Shown here: positions 25,019-38,849 of the stretch, piece by piece
Position numbering within the stretch: the first letter of the stretch is position 1
Layout of the letters: each line of letters starts with the position of its first letter
Assembly: GCA_964016885.1 (NCBI GenBank)
Contig: OZ024741.1
Coordinates: 385,020,001 to 385,084,000, forward strand
Origin: Eledone cirrhosa
Taxonomy: Eukaryota
DNA length: 64,000 nt
Direction of reading: 5' to 3'
Translations under genes and position numbers: made by a program
The notes under the pieces: model-generated
Told to the model about the DNA's origin: nothing
Databases searched by the model: none
What the model saw: the letters and a program-made list of their open reading frames with translations, nothing else

Positions 25019-25307
25019 TATTAAGCTTTTTATTTCTTATTATCCATTATATTGTTTTCTATATCATATTATAATTCTCATATTGTATTACCATGTTGTA
25101 TTTCATGTATTTGTCTTATGTTGTTCTTTCAACGTGGGTTTGACATATTACTTGCTCTCCAGCCCTATAGTCTATATTTGCAAATGCTCACTTTTAACTT
25201 TAGCATGTCTTTCCATGATGTCTTTCCTAAGTTTTCATAGATATAAATTCCCTGTTCTTCTGAGTTTTGGCTTGTTTTGGCCGTTAATGCTTCTTGTCTC
25301 TTTGCTT

Positions 25308-25348
25308 GCCCTGATGAGTCCTTATTAATGGGACGAAACATTGTCGAC
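25308..25348 (+). ncRNA. Minimal type I hammerhead in the PLE 3' end
   Basis: GCC-CTGATGA-GTCCT tattaat GGGAC-GAAA-CATTG-TC^GAC; weak helix I. Confidence 0.7.
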
Positions 25349-25404
25349 TAATAAAGACTTTTGATGTATTGAAGGCTTCTTTGTTTATTTTTATAATTTT
25401 TATA

Positions 25405-25461
<57 letters not shown>

Positions 25462-25466
<5 letters not shown>

Positions 25467-25821
25467 ATAATAATAAATTTGAAGACTAAAATCCAAAGAG
25501 GGCTCGATAAGGATAAATATATATCAAATATATAAGAACCGTAGAGCAAATATTTATTAAAATAACAGATTAAGGTTTAAGCACAGAATCGGTGCTTTCA
25601 ACCTTAACGGGATCTTCTGAAACTAACAAAGTCAATCTGTAAACGCAGAACTGGATATTTCAAAAAACGTTGCAACCGGAGGAAGACAGGAACTTTCTCC
25701 GGTTGCAACGTTTTTTGAAATATCCACTTCTGCGTTTACAGATTGACTTTGTTAGTTTCAGAAGATCCCGTTAAGGGTGAAAGCAGCGATTCTGTGCTTA
25801 AACTTTAATTTGTTATTTTAA
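25462..25821. mobile_element. Family E fold-back module in (TA)n
   Basis: Arms ~25557-25681 and 25697-25821; fragments at 13256-13332 and 53155-53243. Confidence 0.75.
25754..25804 (+). ncRNA. Hammerhead-like motif with A4 core variant
   Basis: AGTTT-CAGAAGA-tCCC gttaa GGGt-GAAA-GCA...TGC-TT^AAACT; same motif at 53178-53230. Confidence 0.55.
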
Positions 25822-25841
25822 TATATATATATATATATATA

Positions 25842-26017
25842 TTAGAAATTAGAAATTATAAGCTTTCACCGTATTTTAGACTAAACCCCACTATCAGGCT
25901 AGAAATTTCTTTAGTCTAAAATACGGTGAAAGCTTATAATTTCTAATTTCTAATTTCAAACTCGCGCCGCACCGTTCCAAAAACATACTTACATGTTTAC
26001 ATTTATAATTTGCTTGT
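25842..26017. repeat. Fold-back module with ~44-bp arms, in (TA)n
   Basis: TTAGAAATTAGAAATTATAAGCTTTCACCGTATTTTAGACTAAA and its reverse complement. Confidence 0.75.
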
Positions 26018-26334
26018 ATATATAAATATATATATATATTATATATATATTATAAAGAGTCGGGGCACGACGACTGAGCTCGTGCCGTTTGAACAGCTAA
26101 TTCCAATCTGCGGGAGTGGTACGTTAGTTATCAACTTCGAAAGGATGAAAGGTAAAGTTGACCTCGGTGTGAGCTGGAAGACATGCCGAGGAATTAGATC
26201 TGACGCCTTAATGAGTCGTTTGTCAATTCGCCGCCGCCGACGCCATGGTAGGTACTGCCAACTGTGTGTTTTGTAGATTCAATCGACTGTGACTTTCCAC
26301 ATCTCAGAAAATAACCCAAACTATTCTCTCATAT

Positions 26335-26575
26335 GACATAGTGGTTAGTGAGTTGGATTTACAATCGTGAGGTAGTGAGTTCGATTCCCGGGTCGAGTGA
26401 TGCGTTGTGTATTTGATCAAGACACTTTATTAAGCGTTGCTCCTTCTGTCAGGAGTTGTGACCGGTAGATAGTATTAGTAGTTGGAAAGAGCAATGGAAA
26501 CATTATTTCCTTGGTCTAATCTGACGAGATCCACCCCGCTTGGTACCCGAATGAGGTCTGGGATCTTGTCGATTC
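26335..26575 (+). mobile_element. tRNA-derived SINE family 2 (CORE-like)
   Basis: TAGTGGTT A box, GAGTTCGATTCC B box, TTGTGTATTTGATCAAGACACTTT. Confidence 0.75.
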
Positions 26576-26905
26576 ATTTGAAAAAGACATTTTCTCTCAC
26601 CACACACGATACTTGTTCAGCAATTAGAAAATGATCCCTGAGCACTAGTATTTAACAAGATTCAGCTATAAATAAACCTTAAAATCATGTTGCTAATTTA
26701 AAACGTTTGCAACAACTGCCAATTGCAATTGGCATGCAATAAATAATTACAATAGACGTATAATTAACACAGATTGTATGTAACATCTAAACCTGTTACT
26801 GGAGTCCTTCCTACCAGGCGCTGCTCAAAACTGAAGATTCTGTCTCTCCCTATAATTAAACCTGCATTAAACACTATATGCTTCATACAACTGCAATTTA
26901 GCAAT

Positions 26906-26965
<60 letters not shown>

Positions 26966-27091
26966 ACACACACATATATATATATAATGATAAACTTAGG
27001 AAAATTAACAGAGAGGACAAGACAATATATATATATATAAAGTTATATCTGTATAGATAACACACACGCACACATACATACCGCCCCCTAA

Positions 27092-27156
<65 letters not shown>

Positions 27157-27660
27157 CACATTTATACACACACATATGTTTGAGTACATAAATTTGTGTG
27201 ATTGTAATTATATATATACGTACTATGTATGTATGTGTGTATGTATGTATGTATGTATGTATGCATACATGTATGTATATATATATATATATACACACTT
27301 AATTGCTAAATTGCAGTTGTATGCAGTTATATATATATATATTGTTATATTTGTTATATTTGGGGATGGTGATGTTGCCAATATATATATATAGTTATAA
27401 GAATTTGTGTGTGTACAGTCGTGTATTTGACTGGCAAGTGTTAATCTACATTCTTAACCGATTTATACTGATTTGGTTTTCGCTTACGTGTCAGGGAAAC
27501 TTTTAGTGAATTTGACTGGTGTTTCTTTCTTGTATATTATAGGTTTCCATCTGAAAAAAAAAATGTGTGGGCACAAACATCATGATACAGTGAAAGAAGC
27601 CCTTTTTATAATATTTACATATATGCATTTATTTCAATAGTAGTAGAGGTAGTCGTAATA

Positions 27661-28081
27661 ATTGTTTCTACTTTTTGGCACAAGGCCAGCAATTAACCAG
27701 TGCATTACTGGTACTTTATTTTATCGACCCCGTAAGGATGAAAGGCAAAGTCAACCTCGGCGGGATTTGAACTCAGATCGTTAAGGGACGTAACTATGCT
27801 GGAAAGCATGGCATCCGACCCTCTACCGATACCGCCAACCCACCTCCTGATAATATTATTTATAATGATTTCTACTATAGGCACAAGGCCAGCAATTTTG
27901 AGGGAGGGGAAAGTAGATTAAATCGACCCCAGTGCATTACTGGTTCTTTATTTTATCAACCCTATAAGGATGAAAGGCAAAGCTAAACTCGGTGGGATTT
28001 GAAATCCGACCATATAGGGCCATAACTCTATGCTATAAGGCATGGCGTCCGACCCTCTACCGATATTGCCAATCCACTGCC
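27661..28081 (-). mobile_element. Two tandem SINE family 1 copies
   Basis: Copies at 27661-27843 and 27870-28081. Confidence 0.85.
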
Positions 28082-28802
28082 CATTATTAATAATAATAAC
28101 AGTAACAATAATGATAATATTTTTCTTTTTATCTTTCCCTAAGGGCCTGCCCATATATACAATGAAAACACTATACACAGGTGGTAATTTGACACGCCAA
28201 CCCTATTTTCATTTTTGCAGACATAAGGCAAGGAGTGATTTAGAGAGGTCTGGCTACTATATTTGGCATTTCTAGTGATCACGTAGAAGCTCACTCATTG
28301 AATAGTGTGTATCTATAGTGATAATGATGTTAGTAGTATTGTGAGGATTTTGTTTAGTTCTCAGCTCGGATGAAGCAAACCTATAATCAAAGTATTTCAG
28401 CCATAATTATCTGATTCTTTTTTCAGACAATGTATCTAATGTTACATCGTCAAATGCTCATAATCAAATATTGAAGATTTAAAGCGAATCCTGTGGAGAA
28501 TATTGTTGCCTTTATTTATCATGTCAAATAATAGCTCAGGGCCTCCCTCGCTGCCTTGTTTAGAAAGTGTCTCATTAACGTTGTGAAAACCCAAAAGCTT
28601 ACGTTTGAAGATGATTCATAAAGGTATTAACAAAATAACCAAAAATAATTACCTTAATTTTTCTTTACATTCTAAAACAGGTATTCCTAAGTGAAACTGA
28701 AAGTAGGATTTCTTAACTGAATGTAAGGTGTATTTCTCTGAATCTATGTAAATAAATAATACATTTAATATTGTATTTCATGCAATGCTATATAAGGAGA
28801 AG

Positions 28803-28855
<53 letters not shown>

Positions 28856-28967
28856 TTGCTGTGTTAATCTGTAGTATCAAAAAGAAAGAAGAGATTCATG
28901 GTTGCTTTATTCAGTCAACGAATAAGATGTATACAAGAAATTATATTATTTTTAACTGCTTGAATAT

Positions 28968-29003
<36 letters not shown>

Positions 29004-29416
29004 TGACACTCCCCTGTGTCAGGTGAATTCTAATAAATATTTCCAACATTCAGGAAAACTGCTAATTGTAAAAAATGAGCAATATAATACTATTTATAAT
29101 TGAACCTAAATTCTTCTGATTTATGACGAAATCTAACCTACAAGAACGCGCAACTTCAAATGCATTTGCTAACTACCGAAAAATAAAAAAAAAAGTATAT
29201 CCACAAGTACATTATTTTTCAATCCGATTAATATATGATGGAGTGTTTTCTCATGTAAAACATGGCTTACAACAATGTGTAGAACTGTTTCCACCGATGC
29301 TATAATATAGGCGTAATGTTTCATAGCAAAATAACTACTTGAACATACATTCTAAACAAATGTTGATAATATAAATTCCAGTTACACTTCTCAGTGCATT
29401 ATTTTTCTCATTTCAA

Positions 29417-29608
29417 GGGCGGTAGATTGGCAGTATCGGTAGAGAGTCGGACACCATGCTTTGAAGCATAGAGTTACGTCCCTTTATGATCTGAGTTCAA
29501 ATCCCGCCGAGGTTAACTTTGCCTTTCATCCTTACGGGGTCGATAAAATAAAGTACCAGTAATGTACTGGGTAATTGCTGGCCTTGTGCCTAAAATAGAA
29601 ACAATTAT
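29417..29608 (+). mobile_element. Full-length SINE family 1
   Basis: A box TGGCAGTATCGG, B box GAGTTCAAATCC, core and tail. Confidence 0.9.
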
Positions 29609-29843
29609 TTTTCTCATTTCTCTGCAGCTTAAATTTTCCACTCGGTGGATTGGTGGTGGGTCGCTGATTAAGAAAGCTTTATCTGTAACAGACTTCACAT
29701 TCTGATCAAGCAACGAACATTATCGCAATTCTATATTCTCTATCATGACATCAACATAATACTTTTCAAAAATTGCGATCCACTCCCTTATAAGCTGTAT
29801 CGATCCACATGCCTATCATTATGATACAGTTTGGGGGTGTAAA

Positions 29844-30105
29844 GGCGCGTGACTTAATGGTTAGGGTATTCGGCTTACACTCGTAAGTTCATGAGTTCGA
29901 TTCCGGGCGGCAAAAATGAGTTGCGCCTGTAATTCGAAGGGCGAGTCTTGTTATATTCTGTGTCACGCTGAATCTCCCTTAGAACTACGTTAAGGCTATG
30001 TATGTCTGTGGAATGTTCAGCCACTTGCATTTAAATTTCATGAGTAGGCTGTTCCGTCGGTCGGATCAACTGGAACACTTGTCGTCGTAACCGATGGAGT
30101 GCCAG
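29844..30105 (+). mobile_element. tRNA-derived SINE with a different tail
   Basis: A box and B box (GAGTTCGATTCC); tail fragments recur at 36410-36505 (minus) and 37040-37140. Confidence 0.65.
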
Positions 30106-30119
30106 AAGAAGAACAGCCT

Positions 30120-30325
30120 AGGGTGGTAGATTATCGGTAGAGCGTCATACAGCATATTTTACGGTATAGCGTTACGGCCCTTTAGGTTCTGCGTTCAAAT
30201 TCCGCCGAGGTTGGCTTTGTCTTTCATCATTATGGGGTCGAGAAAATAAAGTATCAGTGCCGTACGGGAGTCGATATAATCGCCTTCCCCTTCAAAATTG
30301 TTGCCTTTGTGCCAATATTAGAAAT
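30120..30325 (+). mobile_element. Diverged SINE family 1
   Basis: B box and core recognisable. Confidence 0.75.
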
Positions 30326-30381
30326 ACGTCAAGAGCAGTGGATTGGTAGGTGCGTTAGAGCACCGAACAAATGCTTTGAAG

Positions 30382-31481
30382 CATTCAGTTACGGCTCTTT
30401 AAGTACTGAGATCAAATTTCTCATTCAGTTACGGCTCTTTAAGTTCTGAGATCAAATTTTCTCATTCAGTTACGGTCTTTAAGTTCTGAGATCAAATTAC
30501 TCATTCAGTTACGGTCTTTAAGTACTGAGATCAAATTACTCATTCAGTTACGGTCTTTAAGTACTGAGATCAAATTACTCATTCAGTTATGGTCTTTAAG
30601 TACTGAGATCAAATTACTCATTCAGTTACGGTCTTTAAGTACTGAGATCAAATTACTCATTCAGTTACGGCACTTTAAGTACTGAGATCAAATTACTCAT
30701 TCAGTTATGGTCTTTAAGTACTGAGATCAAATTACTCATTCAGTTACGGTCTTTAAGTACTGAGATCAAATTACTCATTCAGTTACGGCACTTTAAGTAC
30801 TGAGATCAAATTACTCATTCAGTTATGGTCTTTAAGTACTGAGATCAAATTACTCATTCAGTTACGGTCTTTAAGTTCTGAGATCAAATTACTCATTCAG
30901 TTATGGTCTTTAAGTACTGAGATCAAATTACTCATTCAGTTACGGTCTTTAAGTACTGAGATCAAATTACTCATTCAGTTACGGTCTTTAAGTACTGAGA
31001 TCAAATTACTCATTCAGTTACGGTCTTTAAGTACTGAGATCAAATTACTCATTCAGTTACGGTCTTTAAGTTCTGAGATCAAATTACTCATTCAGTTACG
31101 GTCTTTAAGTACTGAGATCAAATTACTCATTCAGTTACGGTCTTTAAGTTCTGAGATCAAATTACTCATTCAGTTACGGTCTTTAAGTTCTGAGATCAAA
31201 TTACTCATTCAGTTACGGTCTTTAAGTACTGAGATCAAATTACTCATTCAGTTACGGTCTTTAAGTACTGAGATCAAATTACTCATTCAGTTACGGTCTT
31301 TAAGTTCTGAGATCAAATTACTCATTCAGTTACGGTCTTTAAGTACTGAGATAAAATTACTCATTCAGTTACGGCTCTTTAAGTTGTGAGATCAAATTAC
31401 TCATTCAGTTACGGCTCTTTAAGTTGTGAGATCAAATTTTCTCATTCAGTTACGGCACTTTAAGTTGTGAGATCAAATTTC
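30382..31481 (+). repeat. 39-bp minisatellite (~28 units) derived from a SINE head
   Basis: Unit TCATTCAGTTACGGTCTTTAAGTACTGAGATCAAATTAC, preceded by a SINE 5' end at 30335-30381. Confidence 0.95.
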
Positions 31482-32704
31482 TCTGTCACGTACTAATCTT
31501 CTCCGTCTCTCTCTCTCTTTAAGATAACTGAAATTCAAGGGAAACATTTCCCAGGTGGTACCTAAGTTCAAACTACCTTCATTCAATTGTGTTTCACAAA
31601 GCAGCAATCCCAATTATTTCATTCTAACATAATCCTCAACGTCGCGCCATAGGAGAAGGGATATAGATTATAATGTCTGCAACCAGTATCATCCTTTCAC
31701 TATTATCTGTAGTCTTGTGTTATTTCAGCTTACCATCCATGTTGTAGGCTTTAAGTTTTCTATTCTTTATTTTCCTTCCAATTATATAATGTATGTTAAT
31801 AATTTAATATCATTTTACATTAAATATAAGCTATGGATACAGCATTTATTTTACCCCCCACCCCCCCACCCCCACCCACACCCACACCCACACATACCCA
31901 CACACACACACCCACACCCACACACACACACACATTCAGAGGTGCCTACTTATGAACACAAACACATACATACCCACATGTACGCAATTACACATCACAT
32001 TTACACGAACACATGCATATACACACACATAACGTTGTGTTTCTCTGGAATAATGCACAGTATTTGTTAGTAATTTGTTCGAGAAAAGAGATTTCGAAGT
32101 AGATAACTTAAATTGCTACAGTGACTGGCAGAATATAAGGAGACTGTAAGACGCATTTTTACATCGACTCAAGGAACTGCAGAAAGGAAATATTGACCGT
32201 TAATAATTTATCTTCGTCTCATTCCGCCTAACCAATTGAATGAACAGAAATAGGAAAGATAAACTAGAAACGGAAAAAAAATGGAACAGTTTCAATATTA
32301 TATTTCTTTCTAAAGACATCTTTTCAGAGCAGGAAAATCTGTCTAATGGAAAAACTATTCAATGTTTGATCAATTTAGAACTTGCTAAATCGTTTCTTCA
32401 ACAGTGGTGAACGGGAAGACGGAAGGACGTAGTATTACGGTCAGAGACAAGATCGATATTCTACCCTGGCCGTTGGCAGCTAATGTCTGTGGTTTACAGG
32501 TAAAGAACGATTTTGAAGTAAACCAAAGTGCAGATAGCGAAAACATTTTACTGAATAAAATAAGACTCAATATATAATATTTGTTGTTTTATTTACTATT
32601 TTATCAATTTGTACATTTGGTGGTGTAAATTGTCGAAGACTTCCTCCGAAAGGGACATATAGAGGTAAATATTTATACGATAGTGATGATGCTGTTAATG
32701 TTAT

Positions 32705-32836
32705 TAATTGTTTCTACTTTAGGCACAAGGCCAGCAATTACCCAGTGCATTACTGGTACTTTATTTTATCAACCCCGTAAGGAGGAAAGGCAAAGTTAAC
32801 CTCGGCGGGATTTGAACTCAGACTGTAAAGGGACGT
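32705..32836 (-). mobile_element. SINE family 1, 3' part
   Basis: Core match. Confidence 0.85.
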
Positions 32837-34879
32837 TTTCGTTAAGCCAACTTATAATGAAAGAAAATCATTCTATCTTTAACCATCAAATCGTTTTGGG
32901 GTTATGAGAACAACATTATTTAATGAATTTGTTCTTTATTTAAGATGGGATTTAATGAAAATTTGACTCCTATTTATAAGAGATCGAGCGGCCACATTGA
33001 ACCCCCCCCCCTCCTGATATTGGTTCTGGTAATTATAGTAACAATATGGATCACAGCATCATCCTCATCAATATCAACACGAAGCCCGTGTAAGAGGAAA
33101 TAGGAATTTATGTCAGTAATACTATCCCTAAGTATGTTAGCGTTTCAAATGAAGTAAAATATATCTATAATAATAGTGAGTCTGAAAATCCAGTGGTTTG
33201 TTCGGAGCATCACTGAATGCGTTGTTTTGAAACTAATCGTGTATAGCAAGTCAACTTGACAAAGCTTAGCCTTACAACACAATGGATCACTAAGAGGCAC
33301 AACTAAGTTCACCCAGTGCTCTCACTGTGTACAGTAGTGAACTGTACTAATACGTGGTATTTATATATATAGTTAACTGGGTATTTACTGGTATGTTGAG
33401 GGTTAAATGTCTCAAATATGGTTTGCAACACAGTATCATCGACGGAATAAGAATCGCGATTAGGTTAGCACTAGTGTTGTATAATAGTGCGGACATGTGG
33501 AAGTTCAGCTTCTCTATTAAAACGTCAAACATATTGTTTTTCCTCACGGTATTGCATTTATATAGACTAGCAACTTCCTCTTAAATAATTGGTTGCCAAC
33601 ACACATACACACACTAGCACACATGCAAATACATATAATCATAAGTGCACATATACATATATGTACATATGTATATACCAATGCAAATACACACACATAT
33701 ATAAACACACATTTACACACACATATTTACATACACACACGCATGTGCATCTCTCAGGATTTCGGGATTTTACGTTAACGATAGTGACAGTACATAAATA
33801 TTATTTTTATGAAGAATATTCAAGATTTACAGGAATAAAGATGACAGAAAAGAATATAGGTGAGATAGTGAAATATCTGATAAGGAAATCAGACAAAAGT
33901 GGTATGAAGAAAACGTTCAACAATGGCGTTATGATAAATATTTCAGCGATGATCCATTCGTGATTTCTCCTTCTGAACGACTGACTACTGGTTCTTTCAA
34001 TCTTTCCAATATTGTTTTGTTGAATACTGTTTCTGGAACAGACAATATATAAGTACTCATGTAGAAAATAATGTTAGAATGTTCATCTTTTAATGTTTTA
34101 AGTAACGTCTGCTCATTTCTTCTTTCTGACACCATGCAATGATATCCAGTAGATTTATTGAATTCCTATGGGTCAGATTTGTTCTCCAGGAAATATTCTG
34201 TAAAGATCCACAATGTTTTCCCAATAACAAACGTATTTTGAACGTAAGAATATGTATATTTTCCTTTAGAGCTCTCAATACATTTCGTATTGCTAATGGC
34301 TAAAAGTTGTTGTTGGTCCCAGGTCAATTTTGATCGAATAGAATGCATTAAATGTAATGCGGTAAATTGGCAGAGTCCTTAGGTCGTCGGATAGAATGCG
34401 TTACGGTATTAATTCCGCCTCTCTGTATTCTCAGTTTAAGTCGATAGTGCCTTTCATCCTTTCAGCGTTGAAAAATAATGTACCAGTCCAGTACAAGTGT
34501 TGATTCGTTCTCTATGTCTCTTTTTCTCACATTCCCTCTCTTCTTCTCTGAAAGAAATCCGTTGTGTTCAGACTCGGAAAGAGATGAAATGCTGACGATA
34601 CACCGTATATTACGACAGTGTCCCCAATGATTCCACCAGGAGTTCATGGATGGATGGACGGACGGATGGACGGACGGGCGGGTGGACGGACGGACGGATG
34701 GATGGATTCTATCTGTGACTATCCCGTCTTTTTAGGAGCAACTAGTACGACATTATCTAATGAGTCTTTCCAATTGTTTTTAAAGATGCTGAGATGTAGT
34801 TAGAAATAGATTTCTATTTATAGAAGATCAAGTGACTACGTAGAAACTCCCCCATTGCCTCCCATAACTAGGAGTTACC

Positions 34880-35260
34880 TTTTTATTTGGCAACTCTGGA
34901 GGCAGGAGTAGTATCCGGTGTGATCGATGCTGTTTGATATTCTGTTTAAACTGTTCCAGGTCAACTTCTTTTGAAAATTCATGAGTTGTGAGGGGGTATC
35001 AGAAGGCCGGCTTTCTTGGTAGGAAGGCTTGGGCATAGTGGTTAGGTGACTGGACAAACCGTGCGTGATAAGAACAGGAGAGAGGAGTTGGCATGAGACT
35101 AGCGAGATCCGAGGAGCAGAAACCATTGTAGTAACGGTAGGAGAGGCCGAAAGAAGAGGTAACACCTCTGTGTTGCAGAGGCTGGACAGTGTCAGTGAGT
35201 GAATTTAGACTTTTTTCTGGATGTGATTTTAAATCGATTAGCAGAGCATCATGGTTGAAT
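34880..35260 (-). pseudogene. CR1/Zenon-like LINE ORF2, 3' fragment
   Basis: PLQHR..SFGLSYRYYNGFCSSDL resembles the SL.HRR.V..L..FYRYY.G.CS.EL motif. Confidence 0.6.
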
Positions 35261-37294
35261 CTTGAAAGCTTTACACTCAATGTTTTATGGATGCACTTGT
35301 GTATAAGGAGGCTGTAATTCTGTACAACACCCCAAGCCTCGATACTGCATTAATCGGTTTAAAGTTACACCCACAATAAAAGCAACGTAGCTGTTAAGTT
35401 TCATTTGCAACATATGTTTAGGAAGACAATATTCGGAGTTATAGTCTTGGCAATGTGTGGCTAGATTGTATAACTGGCTATAAAGAAGCAACTGAGGCGT
35501 CTACGTGGTAGATCGATTTGCTAAATATAGCAGTCAGTTGTCACCAAATCCAACTGCACCATTTTAAAAAGCACTGTTGGACAGTGTAGTTTTAGATACA
35601 CAAAGTGATGGGTCTACCATAACTGGAACATCCTTCATCATAGGCCTGCTTAATCATGACTGACCTGGGACTTAACAACAACAACAGCAACTTCAACAAG
35701 AATCTGAATAAGGAATTTGAAGAAGTGTAAAAATGTGTTTTAAGCATAAGCTATATGTGGTTCTTGTATTAAAGAAATAGAATTATTGAACGTTTATGTG
35801 ATATTCCTGCCAAAAATCATTAAAGCGGATAAGTGACATTTAAATACAAATAATATTCAGCTTCTAGGAAAAAAAAAATATTTGCAGCATATGTTTCTAT
35901 TTGTCGCAGAAGACACACAGTTTGATACAGATCTTTGCATATTAAGTTCCAGCTATGCGTTGTTTATTCATTTAAGAGTTTTCCCAGCCATACATGAAAC
36001 TCAATCCTATTAATCTTGATATTCTTCACCAAAACTGCTATTAAGAAACCAGATATAGATATTTCCTCAAGGGATTTTAATCAACTTCACTACGTTCTTT
36101 ATCGCCCTTATCTTTATTATCCCCCACCTCCACACTGCAACATAAAACGTGACTATTATTAAAATAATTCACTTTCTAGTCGTTTTATTTCGTGTGCATG
36201 TAGAACAATTTTGAGTAGAAAATAGAAAAATAGATTCGTCTATTTGATCTGAAATATAATCTCAACCAGGATGATAGCACATTTACCAAAGAAACCCCTT
36301 TTAACTTATAATCTATGAATTTAATGAAGATACAGAAGTTTGAAATACCAATTTTCTAATTCTCAGTAATATTCAATAACCTATTAAACAAAGATGGAAT
36401 CAACACCCATCGGTTTCGATAGTAAGTGTTCCAGTTGTTCGATCAACGTAACAACTTTCTCGTTAAATTAACGAGCAAGTCGTTGAGCTTTTCACAGACA
36501 CATGTACAAAGAAATGCACGTATTTAGCCTCGCTATGAAATTAACCCCACAAAGAAACTTTCAGTTGTCGCACTATAAAATTAGGCCAACGAAGAAACTT
36601 TCAGGAGTCTCGCTATAAAATTAGGCCCAGGAAGAAGCTTTCAGTAGTTTATGAAGATAATAGAACAGATTAATATCATTGTTATTTAACAATTTCTCTA
36701 AATTCATTCACACTTCCAAATCTGTATGTGATAATAGCCGAAGACCACGCATTTTTCGGTCATTAACATTGTAATATTATGTAAATGAGACTGCGCTGCG
36801 GCGCACACTTGTTTACACAGCATGTCTGAGTGGTTAAGAAGTTTATACAGAAATCATGAGGTCTTCGATTCGATTAATTCCTGTGGTATTTTGGGTAAGT
36901 GTATTTTACTATAGGCTCGATGTGACCCAAGATTTGTGAGTGAAACTGGATTGACGAAATCTGTGTGGAAGCTCGTCAGATGGATCGTACTGGTAATCAA
37001 AGGTCCAGCCTTGTATTATGTGTATTCTGCCTAATATTTATGAAAAGAGTACACGTGTCTGTGGAATACTCAGACCATTGCATGCTAATTCAATGAGCAT
37101 GTAGTTCAGTTGACAGAATACTTGAATACTCATTGCCTTAATATCACTCGAAAGTTTGGGAAGGATGATACATTTTAGAACAACAAAATCGGATGGTTTG
37201 ATCCTAATTTGCAATTGCAGAAAAGGCCCGTACGGCGTCCAATTTCTCAGTTAGATTAAATAAATATGGATATTGATAACCCACAGGCGGAAAA

Positions 37295-37490
37295 TTGGGA
37301 GTCATTAGAACGTCGGATAGAATTCTTGTGGTATTCGTTTCGGCTCTTACTCCCTGAGTTCAAATCCGAGATCAACTTTGTTCAAATCCGAGATAAACTT
37401 TGTTCAAATCCGAGATCCTGCCGAGATCAACTCTACCTTTCATCCATTCGATGTCGATAAAAAAGTACTAGTCTAGTACTTGGATCGATT
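37295..37490 (+). mobile_element. Diverged SINE family 1 with triplicated B-box segment
   Basis: (GTTCAAATCCGAGATCAACTTT) x3 at ~37358-37417. Confidence 0.7.
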
Positions 37491-38849
37491 CTTCCCCTAT
37501 ATCTCTTTCTCACTTCCATTCTCTCACTATTTATCTCCTGGAAGAAATCTGCTGTACTCAAGCCGGGAGAGGAGATGGGCTCCGCCAAGTTTAAAAATAC
37601 CCGAGAAATGTCGTATGATAATACGGCGTCCCGACGACTCTCTCAGGAGTTACGGGACTATGCATGCATGCTTCCACAACCCACGCTGTAGAGGTAGTCT
37701 AGTAATTATTAAACAAACATGTTTAGTTTTAAGGAAAATGCTTCTGAAATATTTCAGTTCAGTGTATTACTAATGTTTCTATACTCATCATTCAGTTTAA
37801 AGATGGTGTTTAAAACAGATAAGATGGAGATAACGAGTACCAAAGCATAACTGAAAATATAGCTTGCGATCAGTAGGATGTAAATATATTACCTATAATC
37901 TACAAATAAGAAATAAGACGGTCAAATTAAGTAATAGCGGCGGGATATTAGAACGTTTCCTGACATTTGCGAAACTCTTAAGAATAACAGACAAGTAGTA
38001 TTAACTAGTTTATTTGATTAATGAATTTGCTATGTCAAAAGACAATAAAAGAAAGATAAATAAGATCTATAAGGTTTGGCCTCATTGAAATTGATATTTT
38101 AAAATATTATCTATGGGGATTAATATTCTTCCGAGAGACACTGCGAACAAATGATTAGTTACACACATTAGTTCTCCATCTTTCATTGCGAGTTACCTTC
38201 AATTGTGTGTGAAATAGAATTTTGTAAGAAAATAGTCAAATAAACATTTTGTCTCAGCATCTGTGATTCTTCTAAACGTATGTAAATAGTTTCTGGTAAA
38301 TTAAAACACGTAGACGAAATCAATGATCAAAGGTAATATGTAATAAAGCAGAATTTAGATTTGGTTCTAACTTCTAACAACTTTTGACTTCTAGTAATTT
38401 ATAATCCGCAATTGATGTTAAGAAAGTAACACCAAGAAAGTAATAAGAAAATAATAATAACTACTTTACTAATGTTAAACATTATATATCAAAAGTAACG
38501 TTAGTTATATAGATTTCTGTATAACATCTACTAAAGACGGCACATTGGAAGAGTTATTAGAACGTCGAATAGAATGATTTGTGGCTTTCTGGCTCTCTTT
38601 TCCATGAATTCAAATCCCTCCGATGTCAACTTTGCCTTTCATCCTTTTGAGGTCGATAAAAAGAATTACCAGTCTATCATTGGGGTCGATTCTTCCTCTA
38701 TATCCCTTCCTCACGTCCACTTTCTCACTATCATTCCTTCTCTGGAAGAAATCTACTGTATTCAAACCTAGAGAGGAGACGCATCCGCCAGGTTTAAAAT
38801 GCCGTATGCCACTACATGTAATAAAAATGGTATTTTCTTTCGAATTGAA

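Larger units (their letters stand above)
21886..25405 (+). mobile_element. 5'-truncated Penelope-like element (C-terminal GIY-YIG, possibly Hydra clade)
   Basis: RT, EN, ~1.5-kb 3' UTR and HHR near the 3' end; in (TA)n. Confidence 0.85.

Noticed and set aside
30382-31481. CRISPR-like array
   Set aside because: No unique spacers, contiguous units, eukaryotic context and no cas genes.
32375-32505. Possible host exon ending CAG^GTAAAG
   Set aside because: Stops in all three plus-strand frames; no other support.
33760-34350. Possible decayed coding sequence (also 46030-46560)
   Set aside because: No motif I can recognise; multiple stops.
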